The translations under genes were made by a program, and so were the position numbers. The notes beneath the pieces are model-generated. The model saw only the letters and a list, made by a program, of their open reading frames with translations, made no database searches and was not told where the DNA came from. From the NCBI GenBank assembly GCA_011967385.1, contig GCA_011967385.1_4516.2: a DNA stretch of 23,062 bases. One strand, written 5' to 3'. Source of the stretch: a phage. Positions within the stretch are counted from its first letter, which is position 1, and each line of letters opens with the position of its first letter. Shown here one piece after another: positions 14,506 through 22,456 of the stretch.

Positions 14506-14867
14506 TATAGACTCTCAGTAAAGGTACGAGCGATAACGTCGCGCTGCTGTTCTGGAGTCAGAGAGTTAAAGCGAACTGCATAACCGGATACACGGATGGT
14601 CAGCTGCGGATATTTTTCCGGATGCTTAACTGCATCTTCCAGAGTTTCACGACGCAGAACGTTAACGTTCAGGTGTTGACCACCTTCAATTTTAACTTTA
14701 GGTTGATGTTCAATTTCAATTTCACGGGCATTCAAACCGTAGAAAATTTCTGGGTCTACAATAGCGTCTTCTTTAAAAGTCTTAGAGACAATAATCCGGG
14801 CTTGAGTACCGTCTTCAAAATAAATAGTGCCTTTATGTGCACCTTCAAGAATTTGATATGCTTTCAT
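14505..14867 (-). CDS. grcA-like: Autonomous glycyl-radical cofactor (GrcA/YfiD-like) spare-part protein
   Basis: The C-terminal ~60 aa ([60 protein letters not shown]) carry the glycyl-radical motif RVSGYAV and look essentially identical to E. coli GrcA as I recall it. The N-terminal half is divergent. This segment is visibly more GC-rich than its neighbours. Confidence 0.85.
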   Translation of the reverse strand: MKAYQILEGAHKGTIYFEDGTQARIIVSKTFKEDAIVDPEIFYGLNAREIEIEHQPKVKIEGGQHLNVNVLRRETLEDAVKHPEKYPQLTIRVSGYAVRFNSLTPEQQRDVIARTFTESL

Positions 14868-14873
14868 ATAACC

Positions 14874-15182
14874 TCAATTAGAAAATAAATTTATCCAAGT
14901 TTTTTCTTTAATCAAAAATGGGTCGGAATTAAACGCCATTAAACTTTGAGTGATTAATCCCTTAAATGGTCCATCAATAAATTCCATTTTGAAATGTGGA
15001 ATACTAGTCATCAGTCGTGCATTAGGAGCAGTACAAAGAACCTGCTGCCCTGCGAACGGACCTTTAGTCAAACGATATCGTTTAGGTTTAAAATGGTAAA
15101 TCTCGTAATTTTCTACAAGGGCCCTTTTATTGCATACTGGGCTGTTATAACAATATTCAAAAACTTCAATAGTGGTCATCAT
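14874..15182 (-). CDS. Hypothetical protein, 102 aa (vs.7 position)
   Basis: ATG at 15182 in an ATGA overlap with the upstream stop. Confidence 0.55.
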   Translation of the reverse strand: MMTTIEVFEYCYNSPVCNKRALVENYEIYHFKPKRYRLTKGPFAGQQVLCTAPNARLMTSIPHFKMEFIDGPFKGLITQSLMAFNSDPFLIKEKTWINLFSN

Positions 15183-15718
15183 TGCATTCCAATCACAAAA
15201 AATTGAGGACGAGCATTACCGCCGATGCAATATTTGCTTTTGCAACAGTGTTGGACTGTTTTAATATGGATGTCGTAAATCTTATCCATATCAGGAGCTT
15301 TAATAGGCTCGTCAATTATATACAGAATACGAGAAAGCGTTAATCCACGGAATTTATGTCCTTCATTGCCAATAAAACTACGGACAGAATCAGTAAATAA
15401 ACGGAATCGAATATCATCGCTAGAATAACGAGAAAATTCTTTTTTAATGTTGCCAACAGAAATTTTAGCATAAGCTGAAGTATTAGAAAGAACAATAACT
15501 GTTCCACCATCATACAGCCAATTAGCAGCAAAGTTAGTCACAGCAATTGATTTACCTGATTGTCGGCCGCCGTCTAAACGAAGTGTGCAGTATTCTTTGA
15601 GCAAGACTTCAAATGGTGGGGTATAACCGTTCTTACAAATTTCTTCTACTCTAGCATCAGAATGGTGTGTAAAAGCATTCATCAGGGATAGATAAGGTCC
15701 AGTTAAAAATGTTCTCAT
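15179..15718 (-). CDS. Small P-loop protein, 179 aa (vs.8 position)
   Basis: Walker-A-like GGRQSGKS and a Walker-B-like hydrophobic stretch ending IIDE. Weak SD. Lies below a GC-rich spacer. Confidence 0.6.
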   Translation of the reverse strand: MRTFLTGPYLSLMNAFTHHSDARVEEICKNGYTPPFEVLLKEYCTLRLDGGRQSGKSIAVTNFAANWLYDGGTVIVLSNTSAYAKISVGNIKKEFSRYSSDDIRFRLFTDSVRSFIGNEGHKFRGLTLSRILYIIDEPIKAPDMDKIYDIHIKTVQHCCKSKYCIGGNARPQFFVIGMQ

Positions 15719-15891
15719 TTAGTTTCTCTTAAGGTTGGGGCCATTCCGTGGCACATGTTAGGTCCTTCGACTCGCTATGTAAACCCATTACCGCGCTTGG
15801 GCTCGACCTTATTACAGGTTGGAAAAGGTACATCACTCAGAGGACTCGACGTTCATGAGGAGAGGTTGCGCTTCCCTTTATTAGGCAAGAA

Positions 15892-16221
15892 TTATACTCT
15901 AGGCTTTTGAGCTTGTTTGGTATTGGATTCCCACGCTGCTTTGGTAATTTTGTTAGCGGCATAGCCAAAGGCATTAGATAGAACACCTTTAGAGTTGAAT
16001 ACATCCAATCCAATAAGTACACCTGCTGCGTTAAATTTAGGAGCAAAGTACGCATTAGTTTTAGAAAGAGCTTTTTTCAATTCAGGGTCTTGAACCAAGC
16101 CATCAAAAACGCCTTTACCATTTACTTTATATGTTACTTTGGGATTTTTGCCTTCTTCGATAGCAGCTTTCTGTTCCGCAGATAATGTAACTTCAGTGAT
16201 AAACTCTTGATATGTTTTCAT
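15892..16221 (-). CDS. Internal-protein-like head protein with capsid targeting sequence (109 aa)
   Basis: N-terminus MKTYQEFITEV matches the T4 IP capsid-targeting consensus (MKTYQEFIAEA). SD AAGGA. Basic, Lys-rich body. Confidence 0.7.
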   Translation of the reverse strand: MKTYQEFITEVTLSAEQKAAIEEGKNPKVTYKVNGKGVFDGLVQDPELKKALSKTNAYFAPKFNAAGVLIGLDVFNSKGVLSNAFGYAANKITKAAWESNTKQAQKPRV

Positions 16222-16262
16222 ATGTTTCCTTTAAATGTAAATAGGCCTAAGTATAGGCCTTA

Positions 16263-16841
16263 TTAATTACCACGGGCTGCATTAGCAACGGCGTAAGCGT
16301 ACTGAACATTAGCGTCTTTAAACGTACCTTTAGAGGTATCTATTTCTGCCTTAAAGCCGCCTTTAGCCATAACATCGGCAAATTCTTTACGGAAAGCCAT
16401 TGCGTCAAGACCTTTCCATGATGATTTATGCTTGGCAAATTCAAGACCAGCGTAGTTGACAGCTTTAGCCAATTTATTATCAATGACCCATTTACCTGCT
16501 TTAGGCACAAACTTCGGGCCTTTTTGTTTAGAGAACAGTTTTAAATTCCAGCGACGAAGGTCACTGTCGGCTTTAACAAAAGCTGCGTCTAAGTTACTAG
16601 CAACAACATCTTCAATATGAGCAAATTTAAGACCATCAACTTCAATATTTAGATCGTTACGCCAGCGAAGTCCTTCCCAAGCGAAGGCTTTAAAGTCGGA
16701 AGCCTTTGTAGCTAAGTACCGTTCAATAGGAGCAGTTTTAGGGTCAAAGCCGTTTCCGCCACGATAATTCCACTCGTCCTTATTAATGCCTTGGACTTTT
16801 CCTGCAAAGGCCTCGGCGATAAATTCTTTATATGTTTTCAT
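16263..16841 (-). CDS. Internal-protein-like head protein with capsid targeting sequence (192 aa; IPIII-sized)
   Basis: N-terminus MKTYKEFIAEA. Length is close to T4 IPIII (~194 aa) but homology is unconfirmed. Own promoter at 16872-16901. Confidence 0.7.
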   Translation of the reverse strand: MKTYKEFIAEAFAGKVQGINKDEWNYRGGNGFDPKTAPIERYLATKASDFKAFAWEGLRWRNDLNIEVDGLKFAHIEDVVASNLDAAFVKADSDLRRWNLKLFSKQKGPKFVPKAGKWVIDNKLAKAVNYAGLEFAKHKSSWKGLDAMAFRKEFADVMAKGGFKAEIDTSKGTFKDANVQYAYAVANAARGN

Positions 16842-16871
16842 TTTTGTTTCCTTGTTTGTTTTGATAGAGTA

Positions 16872-16901
16872 ATTATACCATATTAATACTTAAGCGTAAA
16901 C
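16872..16901 (-). promoter_or_regulatory. Sigma70-type early promoter (GTTTAC-N18-TATAAT)
   Basis: Upstream of the 192-aa IP-like gene. Confidence 0.5.
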
Positions 16902-16904
16902 AAT

Positions 16905-17165
16905 TTAAGCTTTACCGCCAGAAATAATTCCGAAGTTGTTAAAATCGTATCCAATATCATCAGCATCTACTTTAGGACTTGCTACAACATGAACAATTTC
17001 ACGACGTTTTGCATAGGTGTTGATTTCTTTACCATCGCCACCTAAGAAAGAATACCCATTACGTTTTAATGAGCCAAAGTCTTCGGCATCACCAACGAAA
17101 GCTTTAACTTTAAATTTGGGGTCTTTGGCATCTGCTTCAGTGATAAATTCTTGATACATTTTCAT
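16905..17165 (-). CDS. Internal-protein-like head protein with capsid targeting sequence (86 aa)
   Basis: N-terminus MKMYQEFITEA. Lies 6 nt downstream of the denV stop. Confidence 0.65.
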   Translation of the reverse strand: MKMYQEFITEADAKDPKFKVKAFVGDAEDFGSLKRNGYSFLGGDGKEINTYAKRREIVHVVASPKVDADDIGYDFNNFGIISGGKA

Positions 17166-17171
17166 TTTTCC

Positions 17172-17585
17172 TTAGTAAATTGATTTACCATAGTATTTGT
17201 ACCAAGTCGGACGTTGAGCAATTTTTTCATCTAAACGTGCTTGACTTATCGCAATGGACGCTTCGGACGGGACATAATTATTACGAAATTCTACAGGAAT
17301 GTCGGAAATATCCTGGACTGTCGTGTCCTTGATTTTGAAACCACGTTTCAAGCATTCAGTGATTAGCTCGATTTGACGTAAACGTAAAAATTCGAGTTTG
17401 TCGTAAAAGAATGTTACGTGACCCGTGCCTAAGATAAATGTTGGAGAGATTTTAAAATCCTTTACACGTTTACCATTTTGAACATGTTTACGGACTGCAC
17501 CAAATACGCGTGGTAATTCACGATACTCAGCCATAAGATGTTGGTCGGTCAGTTCAGAAACAAGTGTTAAATTGATACGAGTCAT
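17172..17585 (-). CDS. denV: Endonuclease V (pyrimidine-dimer DNA glycosylase/AP lyase)
   Basis: [35 protein letters not shown]...[19 protein letters not shown]...[11 protein letters not shown] is near-identical to T4 DenV as I recall it. The track start at 17597 is TTG; the ATG at 17585 has SD GGAGGA. Confidence 0.93.
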   Translation of the reverse strand: MTRINLTLVSELTDQHLMAEYRELPRVFGAVRKHVQNGKRVKDFKISPTFILGTGHVTFFYDKLEFLRLRQIELITECLKRGFKIKDTTVQDISDIPVEFRNNYVPSEASIAISQARLDEKIAQRPTWYKYYGKSIY

Positions 17586-17612
17586 AATTTCCTCCAAGTA
17601 GTTGATAGATGT

Positions 17613-17641
17613 ATAGTATCAAAACCCTTGGAGGAAGTAAA
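17613..17641 (-). promoter_or_regulatory. Sigma70-type early promoter (GTTTAC-N17-TACTAT)
   Basis: Upstream of denV. The spacer contains the inverted repeat TTGATA...TATCAA (17606-17626). Confidence 0.5.
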
Positions 17642-17643
17642 CA

Positions 17644-17925
17644 CTATTTTTCTGAAGCGCCTGAAATATATTTTTCAAGACGTTGTTTCATCAGCGAGCC
17701 GTTCTTAGCGATTTCTTCCGGTTTATCGCACATACGCAACAGTGCTTCAAGCTTAACGATATCGCTGGTACGTTCAAATTTGCGAGTATCTATCTTACTG
17801 GCAAGTTCAGAAATACGTGCTAATAGACTTTCAGCTTCGACCAAAGCTGCACCTAGCTTAGTTGCAAATGTGTCAGTGGCTTCGTTAAGAATAGATTCTG
17901 ATAAAAATTCACTATATGTTTTCAT
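17644..17925 (-). CDS. Internal-protein-like head protein with capsid targeting sequence (93 aa)
   Basis: N-terminus [10 protein letters not shown]. The track start at 17940 is TTG; the ATG at 17925 is in an ATGA overlap with the lysozyme stop. Confidence 0.7.
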   Translation of the reverse strand: MKTYSEFLSESILNEATDTFATKLGAALVEAESLLARISELASKIDTRKFERTSDIVKLEALLRMCDKPEEIAKNGSLMKQRLEKYISGASEK

Positions 17926-18410
17926 ATATACGCTTTCCAAGTTCCTGTTTTAAATGTTGAGATTACGCGTTTCGCGCGATTAGGTGTCTGACGATACCAT
18001 TTAGATTGGGCTAGATTTACTGCCGCTTCGTCCCAACGTTTCTGTTGAAGCATACGAAGAGAATTAGTAAAACCGGCGACGCCTGCTACACCCATTTGGA
18101 AGACCATATTGACTAATGCACATCGACGAACTGCATCTAAAGAATCATACACTGGTTTAAGTTTAGCATTACCCAAGATTCCGCGAACGGCTTTATCAAC
18201 ATCTTCATTAAATAGCTTTTCAGCCTCATCAAGGGTAATTGTACCGTTGCATTTACGACCGATCATTCTATCAAGTTCAGCTTTAGCTACAGCTAAAGAC
18301 GGGTTCTTTGTTACTAAATGGCCTATGCCAATCGTCCAAAAGCCTTCAGTGTCTTTGTATAAAGACAGTCTAAGACCTTCGTCATTACGAAGCATTTCAA
18401 ATATATTCAT
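17922..18410 (-). CDS. e: Endolysin, T4-type lysozyme (muramidase)
   Basis: [32 protein letters not shown]...[16 protein letters not shown]...[40 protein letters not shown] matches T4 lysozyme with catalytic E11/D20/T26 equivalents. The track start at 18422 is GTG; the ATG at 18410 has SD GGGAGG. Confidence 0.95.
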   Translation of the reverse strand: MNIFEMLRNDEGLRLSLYKDTEGFWTIGIGHLVTKNPSLAVAKAELDRMIGRKCNGTITLDEAEKLFNEDVDKAVRGILGNAKLKPVYDSLDAVRRCALVNMVFQMGVAGVAGFTNSLRMLQQKRWDEAAVNLAQSKWYRQTPNRAKRVISTFKTGTWKAYI

Positions 18411-18438
18411 AATACCTCCCACGTTTATAGGAGGTATT
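18411..18438 (-). promoter_or_regulatory. RNA hairpin sequestering the lysozyme (e) Shine-Dalgarno
   Basis: 9-bp perfect inverted repeat AATACCTCC/GGAGGTATT with a 10-nt loop. In the minus RNA the 3' arm GGAGGUAUU is the SD, 4 nt before the AUG. The loop carries TATAAAC, a near late-promoter motif. Confidence 0.6.
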
Positions 18439-18444
18439 TATTAC

Positions 18445-18903
18445 TTATAGGATGGTAGTGAGCACCTTATATAATGATTTGCCCATCACATATTCCCATT
18501 GAGAAGGTTTAATTAAAGCGAATGCATCAAATTCAGGAATCTGTCGTCCGTCCGGGAATGTATGATAGGAATTACAAACACTGTTTCTGAATTGCTCGTG
18601 CTCTACAGGGATTGTATATTGGAATAGATGAATATTCTTATTGTCTGAGTAATGATGTTCGCCTAGGTCTTTCAGGAAGGCAGGGTCATATTGTGTAAAC
18701 CCAGTTTCTTCTTCGCATTCGCGAATAGCGGCTTCAATAGGAGATTCGCCAGGTTCGACACGGCCTTTAGGAATATCCCACCGATGAGCTAAAGAACCTT
18801 TAGGACGAGAACCAGTTACACGGCCCATGAATAATTCTTTATCTTCGGTAAGGAAAATAATACCGGCTGATAGTTCTTTCACTTTATTTTTCTTACTCAT
18901 CAT
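18445..18903 (-). CDS. nudE: Nudix hydrolase (T4 NudE/e.1-like)
   Basis: Nudix box GRVEPGESPIEAAIRECEEETG (Gx5Ex7REUxEExGU). Position immediately upstream of e, as in T4. Confidence 0.85.
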   Translation of the reverse strand: MMSKKNKVKELSAGIIFLTEDKELFMGRVTGSRPKGSLAHRWDIPKGRVEPGESPIEAAIRECEEETGFTQYDPAFLKDLGEHHYSDNKNIHLFQYTIPVEHEQFRNSVCNSYHTFPDGRQIPEFDAFALIKPSQWEYVMGKSLYKVLTTIL

Positions 18904-19129
18904 CTCGGTCCCATGATTTGGCCATTAATTCGGACATAAATTCTTCAATGCGTGTTTCTTTAGATGGACTTTCACTATTAGAGACCGCAAGTTTGTAATC
19001 TGCAATAGGACGGAACAAATCAAGGTCCATATTAAGATCGTCTTTGATTTTTTCTTCTGACACATCTTTATCATATGTGTACAGATAACTATCACACGAT
19101 TCTGATTTAATGTAAATTGCTATACTCAT
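18893..19129 (-). CDS. Small acidic hypothetical protein (78 aa from the ATG at 19129)
   Basis: The ATG at 19129 is in an ATGA overlap with the upstream stop. An alternative ATG at 19144 would overlap by 19 nt. Confidence 0.5.
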   Translation of the reverse strand: MSIAIYIKSESCDSYLYTYDKDVSEEKIKDDLNMDLDLFRPIADYKLAVSNSESPSKETRIEEFMSELMAKSWDRDDE

Positions 19130-19617
19130 CTCAAATTCCTGCATTCGGTAATAAAACGTTCAACTTCATTATTCTTGGCTTTTATCTTGTCTTTACGTTC
19201 CTGTAAACTACTTTTAACAAGATTAATAATGATGCCTATAGTACCTCCACCAATAATACCACCAATAATACTTACGATAGTAGATGCTAATAATATAGCG
19301 ATAATATCTGGTATGGCAAAGGCACTTACTTTAGTACTAAAAAACCATACCGACGGTGCAAATATAATCCATCCTGTTATCCATTGGCACTTATTGAAAA
19401 ACTTTTCAAGCTCAGCTTGAGTTGTTCGTATTACTTCATCGATAGGTTGATATCCATTAATGTATCTGTTCACGATAATACCTGCTGGTTGGTCGATTTT
19501 AAATTCTTGGCAAATACGTTTCACTAAGTAGGATGGACATCCTGTCCAATCTACTGAATAGTACGAAATACCTTCATTACCGTCGTCTATATTAGACCAA
19601 TATGTTTTGTTAATCAT
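19126..19617 (-). CDS. Membrane protein with glycine-zipper TM (163 aa)
   Basis: TM segments WIIFAPSVWFF and AIPDIIAILLASTIVSIIGGIIGGGTIGIIINL. TAATG overlap at the start. Confidence 0.6.
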   Translation of the reverse strand: MINKTYWSNIDDGNEGISYYSVDWTGCPSYLVKRICQEFKIDQPAGIIVNRYINGYQPIDEVIRTTQAELEKFFNKCQWITGWIIFAPSVWFFSTKVSAFAIPDIIAILLASTIVSIIGGIIGGGTIGIIINLVKSSLQERKDKIKAKNNEVERFITECRNLR

Positions 19618-20303
19618 TACCAGCCTTCCATAGGGAATTCCAGATAAACTTGGGCATTGACACGAATTTCATTGGTAATCTTTTTAACTCGGTCTGTATT
19701 ACGAGATACACGTCCGAACCAACGCCATCCATTACTAATTGCACGAGAACCAGTGTGCCATGTTTGCCAATCAAACTGAAGAAGAGTACGGTCTGGAGCT
19801 TCCCATTTCTCTAGTTCACCTTTTTCAATTTTTTCGAGGACTTCTTTGTGCCATTGTCGATAGATAAGTTCGCCATCAGGAATCTGACTGAACTCTGCAG
19901 TTCCTGTTGCAAAATGAGTAGGACACACGTCAGCGTTAACAAGACCAAGAATATGTTCAGAATGGTAACGAGGGTTGTCATAATCAGGTTGTCCTGCAGT
20001 AATAAAGTGACGGCCGACTGGAATATCAGGGCGAGGAACATCATCATGGTGGTATCCAGGAATAGCAGGATACCAACCAGGCATAAGCATGTGGACTCGT
20101 GAATCAAATACAACATGTTGATTAGTCCAATCAATTGGGAGATTGGCAATAAAGCTACGAGTAATTGGACCGCCGTTATCCCAAGCAAAACTCAAATCAC
20201 AGTTAAAGAACATTGGTTCATTTTTGATTTGGTCATTTTGTACGTTATGAGCAAAACCACCTACTGCACGAGCTTGACTATTAAACACTTTAGAACTATT
20301 CAT
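19617..20303 (-). CDS. Hypothetical protein, 228 aa (His/Trp-rich, no recognised motif)
   Basis: ATG at 20303 with SD GAGGAA. Confidence 0.65.
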   Translation of the reverse strand: MNSSKVFNSQARAVGGFAHNVQNDQIKNEPMFFNCDLSFAWDNGGPITRSFIANLPIDWTNQHVVFDSRVHMLMPGWYPAIPGYHHDDVPRPDIPVGRHFITAGQPDYDNPRYHSEHILGLVNADVCPTHFATGTAEFSQIPDGELIYRQWHKEVLEKIEKGELEKWEAPDRTLLQFDWQTWHTGSRAISNGWRWFGRVSRNTDRVKKITNEIRVNAQVYLEFPMEGW

Positions 20304-20304
20304 A

Positions 20305-20610
20305 TTATTTTCCTCGACATTCTTTAATGAAATTTTCTAGATTGGTAGATTCAATAGCTTTTTTACGAGCTTCTGCATGTTCTTCTTCAGACAATTTACA
20401 TTTATAATTAACCCAGACGTTATGGTCAAAACTAGTCGTGGCATATAATAACAAAGCCCCGACGAATAATAAAAATGGTGATAAGAATACAAAACCAGGA
20501 ACACCATCCATATCGTAAGCCTTTTGTAATACTGCAACAGAAAGAGTTGCGTAAAAAAGTGATGCAAATATTGTTAAAAGACCAATTCGGTTGGTTTCGC
20601 CTAATTTCAT
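20305..20610 (-). CDS. Small membrane protein (2 TM), 101 aa
   Basis: TM segments IGLLTIFASLFYATLSVAVL and FVFLSPFLLFVGALLLYA. SD GAGGAGA. Promoter at 20639-20668. Confidence 0.6.
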   Translation of the reverse strand: MKLGETNRIGLLTIFASLFYATLSVAVLQKAYDMDGVPGFVFLSPFLLFVGALLLYATTSFDHNVWVNYKCKLSEEEHAEARKKAIESTNLENFIKECRGK

Positions 20611-20638
20611 AATATTCTCCTCATGTTTTAATAGGACT

Positions 20639-20668
20639 ACTATAACATAGTCCTATAATTGTGTAAAC
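20639..20668 (-). promoter_or_regulatory. Sigma70-type early promoter (GTTTAC-N18-TATAGT) with palindrome
   Basis: 9-bp perfect inverted repeat ATAGGACTA/TAGTCCTAT (20631-20656) centred on the -10. Confidence 0.5.
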
Positions 20669-20680
20669 AGTTTTGTGAAA

Positions 20681-21637
20681 TTATTTGAAAGGTTTTACCA
20701 TATGGAAATTTTGTTTGAAACGTTTGACGTAATCGTCATGTCCTAAGCTTTGGTACATACTTACTACTTTGCTGTAGTTTTCCCAAGCATACTCACGGAA
20801 CCAACCAGAGGTGATGCTTGTACAGACTTTTTCCAATGCCATCATAAAACTGGCTTCAGGGTTAATTTTAAAGTCATTAGGAATCTGAGAACGTTCTAAT
20901 GCTAGTACACATGATTCTTCGTATACACCGGCCAATTTGACCATTTCCGGTAATGATTCGAACTTCTCGCGTGAGGTCATGACTTCAGAACCATCTTTCA
21001 TGTAAAACGTATAAGCAGGGCGGTCTGTTAGTGCAATGGCTTCGTGAATAGTATCATGGTCATACGTATAGATGTCATCTTTAAAGAATGCGCTTTTAGA
21101 AGTGTCAAGAACTGGGTGAGCATAGTTCAAGGTTTCTTTCTGGCGTTTCAGCATAATTTCAGTAAGTTCATCGTTCAGTGTAACACCTTTACCACGAAGA
21201 TACTGAATATGGTTCATAGTCTTTAAAAAGAATGGATTATTTTTCTTGAAACGATGAGACATCTTAATTGCAAGACACATCTCAGGAGTTGCCCAGTAAA
21301 ACCCGTTCAAACGGTCTTTAGTCAAATTTTTCTTGGCGTATTTTAAAAGGTCATAAGAAGACGTGAAATCTTCAGGAGTGAGTTCACCGACTAATTCACG
21401 GACATTAGTGATTGCCGGAACAATATATGCTTCAAAATGAGTTTCGCGTCCATTATGGAAGCATTTGAAAACTTGGACATCAGGATTATCTTGGTGAACA
21501 TATACACCCATCATTTGATTTTTGAATGCATTCCAAGAACCTTGGTCCGCAATAAAGTCCCAGTCACTATTTTTGATAGCGCTAGAATCAATAAGGCCGT
21601 GATAGTGAAGTGCACGAGAACCAATAACCAACATCAT
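20681..21637 (-). CDS. Hypothetical protein, 318 aa
   Basis: ATG at 21637 with SD GAGGAA. N-terminal GSRALHYHG...SDWDF is only loosely NTase-like; not called. Confidence 0.7.
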   Translation of the reverse strand: MMLVIGSRALHYHGLIDSSAIKNSDWDFIADQGSWNAFKNQMMGVYVHQDNPDVQVFKCFHNGRETHFEAYIVPAITNVRELVGELTPEDFTSSYDLLKYAKKNLTKDRLNGFYWATPEMCLAIKMSHRFKKNNPFFLKTMNHIQYLRGKGVTLNDELTEIMLKRQKETLNYAHPVLDTSKSAFFKDDIYTYDHDTIHEAIALTDRPAYTFYMKDGSEVMTSREKFESLPEMVKLAGVYEESCVLALERSQIPNDFKINPEASFMMALEKVCTSITSGWFREYAWENYSKVVSMYQSLGHDDYVKRFKQNFHMVKPFK

Positions 21638-21665
21638 AATATTTTCCTCGGATTAATTCATTAAC

Positions 21666-21905
21666 TTAAATTTCATGACATGCGATATCATATTCATCCC
21701 AGAGGTCATCGTGTGAAGCCTCTACCAATGGAACGATTGTACCGTTTATGTCTTCATTATAAGGACAAATTGTACAGTGCGCATCTTCGAATCGTATGCC
21801 TTTGTGTTCAGATTTTTTATAACGCATGTCGAATATCTTTGCAAACTTTTCACGAGTAATAGTTTTAGCAACTACTTCAGTTCCGATACTTTCGTAATAA
21901 ATCAT
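21666..21905 (-). CDS. Small hypothetical protein (79 aa from the ATG at 21905)
   Basis: The ATG at 21905 has SD GGAG; the track ATG at 21917 has no SD. Contains a CTICP...C...H pattern. Confidence 0.5.
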   Translation of the reverse strand: MIYYESIGTEVVAKTITREKFAKIFDMRYKKSEHKGIRFEDAHCTICPYNEDINGTIVPLVEASHDDLWDEYDIACHEI

Positions 21906-21933
21906 TGTGGACTCCATTTAATTTGATAGGACT

Positions 21934-21962
21934 ACTATAACATAGCCCTATCTTGTTGTAAA
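21934..21962 (-). promoter_or_regulatory. Sigma70-type early promoter (GTTTAC-N17-TATAGT) with imperfect palindrome
   Basis: ATAGGACTA...TAGCCCTAT (21926-21950), one mismatch. Confidence 0.45.
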
Positions 21963-21967
21963 CTGTT

Positions 21968-22165
21968 TTAGCAAGAATAACTAGATGATACCCAGCCTTG
22001 AACAGTGATACTATTGTTGGATAATGAGATCGCATTCTGGAGATTCAGACCTGCGTTATCTTCAATCCACAATGTAACTTCTTCACGCTCTTCGGTTGCA
22101 ATCTGGAACAGATTTTCCAGGGCAGCTACTGCCGTACGTACAGCACAATCTAATTCACGAGACAT
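21968..22165 (-). CDS. Small protein, 65 aa, member of a tandem paralog family with C-terminal GWVSSSxxC motif
   Basis: Ends ...TVQGWVSSSYSC. SD AAGGAA. Confidence 0.55.
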   Translation of the reverse strand: MSRELDCAVRTAVAALENLFQIATEEREEVTLWIEDNAGLNLQNAISLSNNSITVQGWVSSSYSC

Positions 22166-22174
22166 ATGATTTCC

Positions 22175-22447
22175 TTAACAAGTGTGAGAAGATGCAACCC
22201 AACCGCCATCTTCAAGGCTCAGGTTGTAGTCGTATTGGTAAACATCAGCCCATTCAGCATAGCCGTTTTTTGTACAACGTTCAAGATCGGCTTTAAGATG
22301 TCCGGGTGAATGATAGGTTCCACCCATGCCATAAGCTGGATACAAGTCGAATGTTGTGTTTTGTTTATTAGCAATTTCTTTGGCAGCCTCAATAGCTGCA
22401 TAGATTTTTGCTACGGCTTCAGCCAGTTCGGTTTGTTCTTTAGACAT
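22175..22447 (-). CDS. Small protein, 90 aa, tandem paralog (C-terminal GWVASSHTC)
   Basis: Ends ...EDGGWVASSHTC. SD AAGGAA. The 3' end plus the downstream SD are ~80% identical at nucleotide level to the corresponding segment of the next paralog. Confidence 0.55.
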   Translation of the reverse strand: MSKEQTELAEAVAKIYAAIEAAKEIANKQNTTFDLYPAYGMGGTYHSPGHLKADLERCTKNGYAEWADVYQYDYNLSLEDGGWVASSHTC

Positions 22448-22456
22448 AATGATTCC

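Noticed and set aside
15719-15891. tRNA or other canonical RNA gene in the GC-rich spacer
   Set aside because: No GTTCRA T-loop motif, no cloverleaf-compatible stems, and length and composition do not fit tRNA. Kept only as an unexplained spacer finding.
15837-16055. Alternative-frame ORFs embedded inside longer genes (15837-16055, 10257-10478, 19811-20188, 2745-2972, 3141-3341, 4806-5003, 5918-6118, 11698-11934, 15340-15531, 22219-22401, 20337-20567)
   Set aside because: Each lies inside a better-supported longer ORF on the same strand in another frame and has no independent RBS or conservation signal.
20681-21637. Second nucleotidyltransferase motif (GSRALHYHGLIDSSAIKNSDWDF)
   Set aside because: The spacing between GS and the acidic pair (16 residues) is outside the usual range and there is no supporting downstream acidic residue, so it is probably coincidental.
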